From the IMG/VR virus record IMGVR_UViG_3300045015_000053: a stretch of 64,000 bases of DNA; one strand, 5' to 3'. Both the position numbers and the translations under genes were made by a program. This stretch comes from a virus (taxonomy: Duplodnaviria > Caudoviricetes). The notes below the pieces were generated by a model. That model had not been told where the DNA came from, searched no databases, and saw nothing but the letters and a program-made list of their open reading frames with translations. Below are positions 46,067-54,835 of the stretch, in pieces; positions within the stretch are counted from its first letter, which is position 1, and every line of letters begins with the position of its first letter.

Positions 46067-46731
46067 GCGTAACTCCTGTTTAGATTCCCTTCGTATTTTA
46101 CACCATTCACAATTCTTGTTGTAGCCCAAAGAGGGCGAAGATTGGACAAAGCGTTTACTACAGATGGCGGGGTGTTTTGATGGAAGGCTGCGACGGGGAT
46201 GATATGGTCAACGTGCCATTCTCCGTGGTTATCCCAAGACATTCCTTCAGTCCAAAGGGACTCTAAGTGCTTTCGGAGTTCCTTCGCCGAATAGCCCAAC
46301 ATGTTTATCGTTCGGTCGTTTTTCTTTGTGTTCATCCTTCGCAAAGATCCCGACAACAACGAACGCCAGACAACAATTGGCTTGTTCTTTTTACGCCATT
46401 TGCGTGCATAATTTGCAGCCCGTTTTTTCGATGACGGTTTGGCCCAGTACGCGGGGTAGTTTGCATTTGTCCTGGCTTTGATTGATTCTTTGTTTTTCTG
46501 GTAGTGGGCTTTTTTGTACTCTTTGACACAAGGCAGTTTCTGTCGCTCGCACATGCGAGCTATTACCGATTTGCGATTTGCGGCGTACCAGTTTTTCTTT
46601 CGCTCGCTATTTTGTGGATAGGTTTTGCGGCAGTCGCGGCAATAAGGTTGCAGGCCGTCTTTTCGAGAGGCATCCTTCCCAAAAGCGACTGCCGGCTTTA
46701 GCACGGAACATTTGGCACAAAGTTTGTTCAT
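46063..46731 (-). CDS. HNH homing endonuclease
   Basis: CAKC..CRDC, WDNHGEWHVDHIIP, NLRPLWA; low GC. Confidence 0.9.
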   Translation of the reverse strand: MNKLCAKCSVLKPAVAFGKDASRKDGLQPYCRDCRKTYPQNSERKKNWYAANRKSVIARMCERQKLPCVKEYKKAHYQKNKESIKARTNANYPAYWAKPSSKKRAANYARKWRKKNKPIVVWRSLLSGSLRRMNTKKNDRTINMLGYSAKELRKHLESLWTEGMSWDNHGEWHVDHIIPVAAFHQNTPPSVVNALSNLRPLWATTRIVNGVKYEGNLNRSYA

Positions 46732-46933
46732 GTTGGCTCCTAAATACGGAATCCTATGCAGCAAATCGAGATTAACATTGTTGACCTGACCTCTGCCATT
46801 CTAGAGGTTCGTTCTTATTTCGCAAAGCGCGGAATTCGAGTGAACCTTGCCAAGAAAAAAGCGCAGCACAACTTTACAAGTGGCCCACTTTTGCCTATCC
46901 TGATAAAACCAACTGAACCGGGAGGGAGCAACA

Positions 46934-47257
46934 ATGGGCCACGTCTTTTTGAAAGAAGACGAGTTTCTGGCGGCGTCGGCCGAGATTCGGCGTAACCGCC
47001 ACGGCTACCGAGTCCAGCACGGCTCCCAAACCTATTACGTCTGGGCTTCCACTTCTACCCACGCGATGGGCCTCGTCGCCAAGCACACTCAGGCGATGAC
47101 TTCCGAGGTCTACACCCAACGCGAAATCAAACACAACGTCTCGGCCCCGTCAACCATTGACGCCAAGCTCGTTTCCTACGTTTCCGCGATGACTCCCGAC
47201 CAGCAGCAGAAACTTCGCGAAATCCTTCGCGCAATTCCAGAGACTCCGCAGTCCTGA
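46934..47257 (+). CDS. hypothetical protein
   Basis: GGAGGGAG RBS. Confidence 0.75.
   Translation: MGHVFLKEDEFLAASAEIRRNRHGYRVQHGSQTYYVWASTSTHAMGLVAKHTQAMTSEVYTQREIKHNVSAPSTIDAKLVSYVSAMTPDQQQKLREILRAIPETPQS
47229..47244 (+). promoter_or_regulatory. 16-bp motif, copy 3 (GCGCAATTCCAGAGAC)
   Basis: Identical to the copy at 51228; lies in the 3' end of a CDS. Confidence 0.65.
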
Positions 47258-47296
47258 ACTTGTCAGGGGTGTGGCGTCTCTCATTCGAGGTGATTT

Positions 47297-47542
47297 ATGG
47301 GTGTCGCCAACTACGCGATCCTCGAAAACCGGAGCAACGACAAGGTTCTCGTGATCGAGGATCGCGGCCCGTGGCACAGGTACAAAACTGTGACCAACGC
47401 GGCCGAAGAGGTGGTCGCCGAGTTGCACGCCTCCGGGCGGCTCGGCACCCGTCGCCTGTTCTACTACGACAGCGACGGGCGGAAAGACGAACTCACACAC
47501 AACGGGAACGGCGTGTTCACCGGCTTCGCTCCCGGCAGTTGA
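47297..47542 (+). CDS. hypothetical phage protein
   Basis: GAGGTG RBS; VTNAAEEVV and YYDSDG motifs. Confidence 0.8.
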   Translation: MGVANYAILENRSNDKVLVIEDRGPWHRYKTVTNAAEEVVAELHASGRLGTRRLFYYDSDGRKDELTHNGNGVFTGFAPGS

Positions 47543-47550
47543 GGACGATC

Positions 47551-47796
47551 ATGCCACAGGTCGATTTTGCCGCGAACCACCGAGAGATCTTGGCCTCTCT
47601 GTGGATTACGGAAAACCAGAAGAAATTGGTCGAGATGGACACGCCCGGCAGCAACGAGGCGTGGCGTGCGTTGGCCGCAATCATCCTGACCGAAAAGCAC
47701 GCGATGTACCTCGCGCGGCACGAACCCAGACTCCTCGAACAGTGTCAAAAGGCACTGCTCTCGAAGGGCGAACCCAAACAGGAACCCAAGTCATGA
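47551..47796 (+). CDS. hypothetical protein
   Basis: GAGGA RBS. Confidence 0.75.
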   Translation: MPQVDFAANHREILASLWITENQKKLVEMDTPGSNEAWRALAAIILTEKHAMYLARHEPRLLEQCQKALLSKGEPKQEPKS

Positions 47797-48173
47797 CCAT
47801 CTGGGAAGCAGAGATCGGTTTCCGTCGCGTTGTTCAGACGCCCGGCAACACCATCGAAAAGATCAGTGCGGCAGCGGAACAGGAGTTCCAGCGGCTGACC
47901 GGAACCGACTCGGATTTCTTGTTTTGCAAAGTCGGGGATCTCGACCCCATTCAGAGGAAGATCCAACATATCGGCAACGAGCCGATCACTGTGTTCGAGA
48001 TCAAGATCGGCGTCGAGGACAACGTGAAACTCCCAGACGGCGCGGACCTCCCCATGCGTCTGGCGGTCGGAGCAGCGTTCGCGAAAGTGACCGGCTTCGG
48101 CCAAGACTACTTGTACAGCGGGTGGGGTGCGAGCCTGACGCCCGACGAACTCAACCGACTGGAGAGCAAGTGA
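47793..48173 (+). CDS. hypothetical protein
   Basis: ATGA coupling. Confidence 0.75.
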   Translation: MTIWEAEIGFRRVVQTPGNTIEKISAAAEQEFQRLTGTDSDFLFCKVGDLDPIQRKIQHIGNEPITVFEIKIGVEDNVKLPDGADLPMRLAVGAAFAKVTGFGQDYLYSGWGASLTPDELNRLESK

Positions 48174-48799
48174 TGCGTCGTGCCGTCAAGATCACCAACA
48201 AGACCGAATTCTGCACGCGGGCCATCCGCAGCATGATTCTGGCGGTGGCCCGGCGGGAACTCAAGAAGGGCGAATACAAAAACTTCGTCGTCAATGTCGG
48301 GACGCCCAAGAGCGCATTCGTGACCGGGAACGCCATGATCTCCCGGCACGGTGCGACGGCCAGCTTCTCACTGTTCATCCCGAAGGCCCAGACCGACATG
48401 GTTGAAGTCGCCAACCGCGTCAAGACGTGCCTCGATTACGTTCGCGGGCGGTTCGGGTACAAGGACGGAACGCTGTTCCGCGACTGGTACGAACGCAAGG
48501 GCAAAGCCGAAGACTTTCAGTACCTGCCATCCCAGACGCTCCCGAAGGCCGCGCCGAAGCCGCCGAAGGCCAAAGGTGCCGCAGCCGCTCTGGAAGGCAT
48601 GGCGAAGGCTCAAGAGCGTGTGACGCATTGGGAAGGCCGGTTGCGGTCGGCCGAGACTCGCCTCAAGAAGTGGAGACGACGGTTGCGGTACTACGAAAAC
48701 CGCAGCCACGATCTCGGCAAGTCCGAGGCGGCGGCGAAGGAAGCCAACAGCATGACGGCTTCGGAGTTCAGCAAGATGACACCCGTCAACGAGCAATGA
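48173..48799 (+). CDS. hypothetical basic protein with a C-terminal coiled coil
   Basis: TGATG coupling. Confidence 0.75.
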   Translation: MRRAVKITNKTEFCTRAIRSMILAVARRELKKGEYKNFVVNVGTPKSAFVTGNAMISRHGATASFSLFIPKAQTDMVEVANRVKTCLDYVRGRFGYKDGTLFRDWYERKGKAEDFQYLPSQTLPKAAPKPPKAKGAAAALEGMAKAQERVTHWEGRLRSAETRLKKWRRRLRYYENRSHDLGKSEAAAKEANSMTASEFSKMTPVNEQ

Positions 48800-48868
48800 T
48801 TTCTGGAAACAAGAGCGGCGTTTTACGCCGCTCTTGTCATGTCTTTTCTTGGGTCGGGAAAAACTTTG

Positions 48869-48912
48869 GCGCAATTTCGGAGACGGCGGATTCCTGTGCG
48901 TATCGGTAGTGT
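48869..48912 (+). promoter_or_regulatory. 16-bp motif, copy 4, plus N22 and TAGTGT
   Basis: Upstream of the ParB-like gene. Confidence 0.7.
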
Positions 48913-48946
48913 GGACACGACGATCACAACCCAAACGGAGCGAGCC

Positions 48947-50059
48947 ATGAGCCGCACGACCACTTTCCGCAACCAGAGCTACAACGTCATCGCCTACCCG
49001 TTGAGCCAGATCATCGGCACCGACAACTGCCGTCGTCCCTGCCCGATGCTGTGGAACCTCGGCCTCGATCCGTGGGAGGCGTACCGCCAAGTCATCAGTG
49101 ACGACCTTGCCGAAGTGCGGAAGGGCGTGGCGGTTCTGGAACAGTCGCCCCGGTTCTGCGAGATGGCGGCGACCCTCAAAGACGACACCCAACTTCAGGC
49201 CATCGGCCTTCGCAGCTACCGCGCCCGCGCCGGCAAGGTGGAAGGCGAGCAGCAGTACGAAGACCGCGCGGCCCTCTCGTTCGGCAACGGCCGGTTGTTC
49301 GGAATGGCGTTGCTGGAAGGGCGGCGGAAGCTGGCCCTCGCGGACGGCGAGAAGGTCAGCAAGACCCCGCTCACCATCGACGCGATCCTGATGCGTCTGA
49401 CGCGGGAAGAGAGCTACGAGTTGAGCATCATCGAGAACGACAAGCGTTCCGAGATGGATGACCTCGACTGGGGTCTGCTGTTCGACCGCGACCTCAAGAC
49501 GGTCAACCCGCAAACCAAGAAGCTGCACACGATCAAGGAAGTCGCGGAGAAGCGGGGCAAGAACTACCACTGGGTTCGCGGCCGTGCGGCTCTGCCGTAC
49601 CTGCCGGCCGAAATGCTCGCCGAGATCACCGACTGGGACAAGGTGAACATTGACGCCCTCTGCCAAACGGCGTTGACGTACAAGGCGGGCGCGAAGCAGG
49701 ACGCGGTCGTGGATCAGGGCGAAGCCCCCGCGACTAGCACCGTGCCGACCAACAAGACTTCCGATGCGGTCGCGATCCTGTCGATGGACTCGGACGGCGA
49801 AGAAACGCCCTCGACCGGGACCGGGAACGAGCCGAAGAACGAAGGCGAAGGCGACAAGGAAACCGTCGTCCAGACCCCGGAGCGGAAGTCGCGGTTGCCG
49901 CGTTCGGTTCAGCCGAAGAAGCGTCGGACGGTGATGACGATGAAGGAAATGGGCGAGTTCTTCGCCGAACAGGAAGACGACGCGGCGAAGGCGATCATCG
50001 CGCAGTGCATGAAGATGACCGTCGAAGAGGCGAAAGCTTACGCCGAAACGCTGAACTGA
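48947..50059 (+). CDS. ParB/Spo0J-like protein
   Basis: MAATLK..TQLQAI, FGNGRL (cf. AGERR), LSIIENDKRSEM (cf. IENLQREDL), HTH TIKEVAEKRGKNYHWV. Confidence 0.75.
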   Translation: MSRTTTFRNQSYNVIAYPLSQIIGTDNCRRPCPMLWNLGLDPWEAYRQVISDDLAEVRKGVAVLEQSPRFCEMAATLKDDTQLQAIGLRSYRARAGKVEGEQQYEDRAALSFGNGRLFGMALLEGRRKLALADGEKVSKTPLTIDAILMRLTREESYELSIIENDKRSEMDDLDWGLLFDRDLKTVNPQTKKLHTIKEVAEKRGKNYHWVRGRAALPYLPAEMLAEITDWDKVNIDALCQTALTYKAGAKQDAVVDQGEAPATSTVPTNKTSDAVAILSMDSDGEETPSTGTGNEPKNEGEGDKETVVQTPERKSRLPRSVQPKKRRTVMTMKEMGEFFAEQEDDAAKAIIAQCMKMTVEEAKAYAETLN

Positions 50060-50060
50060 C

Positions 50061-50104
50061 ACGCAATTTCGGAGACAAGCGGAAACCCCGCTTGTCTCTA
50101 GTGT
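50061..50104 (+). promoter_or_regulatory. 16-bp motif, copy 5, plus hairpin and TAGTGT at N22
   Basis: ACGCAATTTCGGAGAC; hairpin GAGACAAGCGG/CCGCTTGTCTC. Confidence 0.7.
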
Positions 50105-50139
50105 TGCCCAAAGAATCGCCCGGCTCTCGCGTATCACTC

Positions 50140-50168
50140 TTGACGGCACTAAGCTGTCCGCGTAAACT
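50140..50168 (+). promoter_or_regulatory. sigma70 promoter TTGACG-N17-TAAACT
   Basis: Canonical spacing upstream of the sigma gene. Confidence 0.75.
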
Positions 50169-50203
50169 GGGTCAGTTGTAAAGACTACAAACCGGAGAAT
50201 GCC

Positions 50204-51205
50204 ATGACGGACTTCGACGTGATCGTCCCGCACAAGTCGGTCAGCAGCGAACGCCTCGGCGAGTGCTGTGAGATCATGATTCGCGGCAACGACGCTTACC
50301 GCAAGTGGATGCCGAACATCACCCGGCGTCGGAGTCGCGAGTGCCGCGACCTGATCGTCAAGGGCAAGAGCGACGAGGTTCTGAAGTACATTCCGGCCGA
50401 GCGGCACGCCGAGTTCAAGGCCGATCTGCCGGTGATCTGCAACGTCGAGTCCGTGATGAACGACTTGCTCGGCCACCACGTCAGGATGATCGTCAAACTC
50501 GCAACCCGCTGGTCAAAGACCAACGAGGGCGAGAAGTCGGCGAAGCGGTCCTACTACGACGGCGGCGATCTGGCGAGCGAAGGGTTCATCGCCATGTTCG
50601 ACGCCATCCGCAACTACAACCGGGACCACATCAAGTTCGTGACCTACGCTTGGACCACTGTGAACCGCCGGATGTTCGCCTCCCTCATGGCGACTTCCCC
50701 CATGTCTTGCTTCACGCGGCAAGAGCAGAAGATGCTCAAGAACGCCGTCAAGAAGCAGTTGGAAACCGGGAACCGCAATCTGGCGGATGCGGTCGCGGGC
50801 GGTGTCGTGACGGGCGACCAAGCCGCGCTGGTGCGGGAAATGCTCACGATCAAGGTGGTTCTGGCGTCCCGTCTGGAAGAGTCGATGGGACCGGACAGCG
50901 AGGGGTTCGACTTCACCAGCATGCGGGAAGGCGTCTCTACCGACCGTTCGGGGCAGCCCAACGATGCTTGGGGGTTGTACGACTTCATGGAACGTGCGGA
51001 ACTGGACGACTGCGAGCAGGACGTGCTGTTGTCGAGCCTCACGCCCTTCCGGGGCTGGCAGGCCGAATGCTCCACGCGGCACAACCTGTCGCGAACCTCC
51101 GTCCACAACATTCTGCAACGGGCGTGCAACAAGATTCGGCACGTTGCCGGTCTGCGCGAAACCGACGCCAACATCGCCCAGTTGATGGTGTCGATGTCTG
51201 ACTAA
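50204..51205 (+). CDS. sigma70-family RNA polymerase sigma factor
   Basis: Region 2: HHVRMIVKLATRW, DLASEGFIAMFDAIRNYN, KFVTYAW; region 4: LDDCEQDVL...NLSRTSVHNILQRACNKIR. Confidence 0.9.
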   Translation: MTDFDVIVPHKSVSSERLGECCEIMIRGNDAYRKWMPNITRRRSRECRDLIVKGKSDEVLKYIPAERHAEFKADLPVICNVESVMNDLLGHHVRMIVKLATRWSKTNEGEKSAKRSYYDGGDLASEGFIAMFDAIRNYNRDHIKFVTYAWTTVNRRMFASLMATSPMSCFTRQEQKMLKNAVKKQLETGNRNLADAVAGGVVTGDQAALVREMLTIKVVLASRLEESMGPDSEGFDFTSMREGVSTDRSGQPNDAWGLYDFMERAELDDCEQDVLLSSLTPFRGWQAECSTRHNLSRTSVHNILQRACNKIRHVAGLRETDANIAQLMVSMSD

Positions 51206-51227
51206 GAAATTGTCTCATGGAATGAGG

Positions 51228-51271
51228 GCGCAATTCCAGAGACTTCGCCCTAGACTGTTTGTTAGTAGCGT
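51228..51271 (+). promoter_or_regulatory. 16-bp motif, copy 6, plus N22 and TAGCGT
   Basis: Downstream of the sigma gene; same spacing as copies 4 and 5. Confidence 0.7.
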
Positions 51272-51296
51272 CGGCATACCCTAACAGGAGTTCGAG

Positions 51297-51743
51297 ATGA
51301 ACGAGCAACCCTACTTCGGCTGGTACTCTCAAGAAGCGGCCGAAAACTACGGTAGCGTGATCTACGTCAAAGACGGTGTCAACATCGAATGCACTACCGT
51401 CGCCAAAGACCCGAACTATCAGTACGGGTTCAAGGACGCCGTGTTCCTCGGCGAAGTCGGCCAGTACAGCCACAAGGGGCGGCACGGCACCAACGAACCA
51501 CGCCAGTTCACGCCGCTACGCGAATTCGATCCCCCGTTCACGCTCAAGAGCCACCTCAACTACCCGGTTATCGCGCCGGAAAAGGTTCAGGAGTTCATCG
51601 ACAAGCTCAACGCGAGCGGCTTCACCTTCGACAAGTCGCTCGCCGACGTGAAGAAGGTACAGGTTCAAGAAGAATGCGATCAGCCGACCGTTCTGGCGGT
51701 CGAGGCCAACGGCGACACGGTCGTCGTTTCGGGAGGCAAGTGA
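51297..51743 (+). CDS. hypothetical protein
   Basis: AGGAG RBS. Confidence 0.8.
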   Translation: MNEQPYFGWYSQEAAENYGSVIYVKDGVNIECTTVAKDPNYQYGFKDAVFLGEVGQYSHKGRHGTNEPRQFTPLREFDPPFTLKSHLNYPVIAPEKVQEFIDKLNASGFTFDKSLADVKKVQVQEECDQPTVLAVEANGDTVVVSGGK

Positions 51744-52249
51744 TGAACCTCGCCGACCTTCGAGCCGCCCGCGACGAAACAGCCGTCGCACACACGCTGC
51801 TCCGCGACCAGATGAGTAACGAGATTAGCCAGCGGCTCGAAGAGGCGAAAAGACAGATCAGCAGGGAAGTTCACGACAAGTACAACGTCGAACTGGAACG
51901 GGCCTTCAAAGCCCGAACAGAAGCGTTCACGGCCTGCCAGAAGGCCGAGGTCGCGGCTGCTGCGGAAAACGCCCCGGTTCCGGTCGGCACCAAGCTGATC
52001 GGTTGGGGATACCCCAAGTACGCCGGCTACGGGGCCAAGCGTGAGGCTCAGGTTACTGGTGTGCTGGAGGTATATTCCAACAGCACACAGGTGCAGGCCA
52101 ACGCCCGCCGGAAGATGATGCTGTCGCCCGGCGTTTACATTGTTCGGTTGCTCAAGAAGGACAACACGCCCGGCGCGATTGTCGAACGCTACGGCGTCGG
52201 CAAATACGTCTGGCTCCCCGAAGGCGAAACCCCGAAAGAGGGCAAGTGA
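51743..52249 (+). CDS. hypothetical protein with an N-terminal coiled coil
   Basis: TGATG coupling. Confidence 0.8.
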   Translation: MNLADLRAARDETAVAHTLLRDQMSNEISQRLEEAKRQISREVHDKYNVELERAFKARTEAFTACQKAEVAAAAENAPVPVGTKLIGWGYPKYAGYGAKREAQVTGVLEVYSNSTQVQANARRKMMLSPGVYIVRLLKKDNTPGAIVERYGVGKYVWLPEGETPKEGK

Positions 52250-52827
52250 TGGTTCGCACACTGGCACAAGAAGGCCGCGCACCGACAGAGGCTCACTACC
52301 TCTCCGACCACGGCAAACCGCTCGAAATGTCGAACGGGTTGTACAAGCGGGTGATCCCGTTGAAAGAGGTCGCGGCGACCGGCCACTACTCCGATATGGC
52401 GAAGCTTGCCAAGATCTTCAATCACGAAGTCTTGGAAGACAATCACGGGACGTGGCGGTGGCGGCGGAACCTCCTGACGACATGGGTTTTTGAACACGGG
52501 CCGTTCCACACGCCCTCAAACACGTCCGACGCCACCGACCACAAAGAGCCGTGGGCGCGGCCCACGAAGCAGTATCGCGGGACCATCGACCTCAACAACC
52601 TGTGGACCGACTTCCACAACGGAATGTTCTCGCTCGAAGAGATGATGAAGTTCTACATGGAGATCGGGTACTCGCTCTGTGGTTACGCGGAGGTCTTCGG
52701 CCAACGCGAGGCGTTCGAGTTCGGACTGCCCGACGCCAAGAAGCCGAAAGGGAACCGCGACAGTTACACCGAAACGCTGATCGACTACGTCGCTCGCGTC
52801 CACAAGGGGAAGGTACTCAGTCTGTGA
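52246..52827 (+). CDS. hypothetical protein
   Basis: Coupled ORF. Confidence 0.8.
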   Translation: MMVRTLAQEGRAPTEAHYLSDHGKPLEMSNGLYKRVIPLKEVAATGHYSDMAKLAKIFNHEVLEDNHGTWRWRRNLLTTWVFEHGPFHTPSNTSDATDHKEPWARPTKQYRGTIDLNNLWTDFHNGMFSLEEMMKFYMEIGYSLCGYAEVFGQREAFEFGLPDAKKPKGNRDSYTETLIDYVARVHKGKVLSL

Positions 52828-52831
52828 CGCC

Positions 52832-53359
52832 ATGAACGAATTCATCTACGACAAGATCTTCATTTTGAATGGAGATCAAACCCTCCCCGACGATCTGGCG
52901 GCGTTGACGGTCGCTGCTGTCAACGCCGCCTCTGATTTGAAGCTGACCCAAGTTCCCAGTTTCGATGACGTGAAGCGAGAAGACGATGGCGACTTCTACA
53001 CGGCAGCCAACTCCGCGAAGGAAGAAAACCTGTATGTCGCGACTGTCGGCGTGGCGTGGTTCAAAGACCGGCGCGGCCTCAAGCACGTTCGTGTGATCGG
53101 TGCGACGGTGAAGTCCAAGTCGTGGAAGTCGAACCGCCTGTGGCCCGCCCACCTCGTGCCGGCCGAGGTCGTCTACCCAGGAGTTCGTTGGGACGGCAGC
53201 GGGTACACCCTCCACTGCAAGTGCGGCCGACAAATGGCGTGCGAAGCCCCGCGTTGGAACGGCCGGACCTGTGAAATCTGTCAGGAGTTGGAGCAGTATG
53301 CGAAGGACAACGACGGGGCCGAGGTGTATTTGCCCGCGCAAAAGCGGAGACAGAAATAG
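52832..53359 (+). CDS. hypothetical protein with a C-terminal zinc ribbon
   Basis: CKCG and CEIC. Confidence 0.8.
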   Translation: MNEFIYDKIFILNGDQTLPDDLAALTVAAVNAASDLKLTQVPSFDDVKREDDGDFYTAANSAKEENLYVATVGVAWFKDRRGLKHVRVIGATVKSKSWKSNRLWPAHLVPAEVVYPGVRWDGSGYTLHCKCGRQMACEAPRWNGRTCEICQELEQYAKDNDGAEVYLPAQKRRQK

Positions 53360-53395
53360 GTGTGCTTGTTATGGGTGTCCCCATGAGGTAGAGAG

Positions 53396-53803
53396 ATGTC
53401 TGCTGTAAACAAGAACGTCCTGACGATCCGCTACATCGGCCCCGACGACGCACACGAGTACGTCGTTCAACGCGGCGATAAAATGTTCTGGAGCGGCTTC
53501 AACTGGGTGAAAACCATTGACTCCGCGAAGGTGTTCACCGACCACAAGGCGGCGCAAGCCACGGTCGCGGCCCTGATGCACCAGCGGCACAAGGGTAAGC
53601 CGAGCCGCAAGTTCAAGTTGAACGTCACCGTCACCCTGACCGACGAAAACGTTCAGAACATTCCGGCCTCCTCGCTCGCCGCGTGGTTGCACGCCGCGCT
53701 GCGGCTGGACATCGAGAACTTGATCTACGGCGACGGCCCGACCGCCGACAGCTACGTCAAGGCACGGATCGAGATGTCCTCGTTCCAAGAAACCCCGGAG
53801 TGA
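53396..53803 (+). CDS. hypothetical protein
   Basis: GAGGTAG RBS. Confidence 0.8.
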   Translation: MSAVNKNVLTIRYIGPDDAHEYVVQRGDKMFWSGFNWVKTIDSAKVFTDHKAAQATVAALMHQRHKGKPSRKFKLNVTVTLTDENVQNIPASSLAAWLHAALRLDIENLIYGDGPTADSYVKARIEMSSFQETPE

Positions 53804-53806
53804 GCA

Positions 53807-54031
53807 ATGGTTGCCGTCAACATGTCCAATTTCGGGTTCGACGGCGACCGGCCGTTCACGAAGGAAGACGCCCTCAACTTCGAGGGCGAGAACGTGGCTG
53901 TCAAACTGTTTGATTCGGGGCTTTCTCGCATCTGCGAGGGCGTCCTGAGCGAAGTCACTGACACGACGATCAAGGTCGGTGACGAAGTCCTCCTCAACGA
54001 GTGCGTCCGCAAAGTCACCTTCAAGGATTAA
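53807..54031 (+). CDS. hypothetical protein (small beta-rich, Sm/SH3-like size)
   Basis: GGAG RBS. Confidence 0.7.
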   Translation: MVAVNMSNFGFDGDRPFTKEDALNFEGENVAVKLFDSGLSRICEGVLSEVTDTTIKVGDEVLLNECVRKVTFKD

Positions 54032-54034
54032 GTC

Positions 54035-54835
54035 ATGCCCGCCAAGAAGCCCGCCAAAGAAGTCGATCCGCTGGACGATTTCCGCAAGAAGATGAACCGT
54101 GAAAACCGCGCCAACAAGAAAGCGTTGGATGGCCTGAAGGCCAACAAGCACTTCAATGCTGAGACGGTCATGGCCGAGCTTTTCGCCGGTCTGGAATGCG
54201 GCTCCCTTCACATCGGTTGGGCGTTAGACAAGTTCTGGGGTCTGAAGGTCGCGGAGACGATGCCCAAGCTGCAAAAGATCTACGACGAGGCCGTGAAGCG
54301 GAACTACACCCGCGAGAACAACCTGTCCTTCAACGACATGGACGACAAGCTGTTCGTCATGCCGCACGACCAGTATTGTGTCCTCTGCCACGAGTTGCAG
54401 AGTTCCAACTACGTCTACGTCTGGGAACGGAACGCGCCGTCCAAGTTCCAGAAACTGCACGTCCGGCGTTACTTCGACGTACTGAAGGTCGAAGACAAGT
54501 TCGACAAGCAGGAAGAAGCCGAGTTCAAGAAAAAGGTTCGTGAGAAGGGCAAGCGTGCGGGGATCATCGCCGCGCAACGGTTCGTTGAGAACTACGCCGA
54601 CGACTACCCGGAAAATCCGTACCCGAAGCGGCTCTCGCTGGACAGCTACATCAAGGCCGGCTTCGAGATGAAGTACGGCGACTGCCGTGACGAGGGCTAC
54701 ATCCTGACGTGGGACCAGTTCCGCGACTCGGTTGATCGGTCGTACTACGAACACAGTCGGATCGAAGCAGTCCTCGACTGCTACATTCCGAGCATCGAAT
54801 ACGCACTCTTTGAAGAAGGGCGGGAAGAAGAATGA
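54035..54835 (+). CDS. hypothetical protein
   Basis: Long ORF with high GC3. Confidence 0.8.
   Translation: MPAKKPAKEVDPLDDFRKKMNRENRANKKALDGLKANKHFNAETVMAELFAGLECGSLHIGWALDKFWGLKVAETMPKLQKIYDEAVKRNYTRENNLSFNDMDDKLFVMPHDQYCVLCHELQSSNYVYVWERNAPSKFQKLHVRRYFDVLKVEDKFDKQEEAEFKKKVREKGKRAGIIAAQRFVENYADDYPENPYPKRLSLDSYIKAGFEMKYGDCRDEGYILTWDQFRDSVDRSYYEHSRIEAVLDCYIPSIEYALFEEGREEE

Noticed and set aside
46740-46995. ORF MQQIEIN... behind a plus-strand CTAAATA
   Set aside because: AT-rich atypical codons, no RBS, and it overlaps the well-supported 46934 gene; the box itself may still be a real promoter.
48800-50200. Canonical parS palindrome near parB
   Set aside because: No TGTTTCACGTGAAACA-like 16-bp palindrome was seen; only the asymmetric GCGCAATTTCGGAGAC motif.
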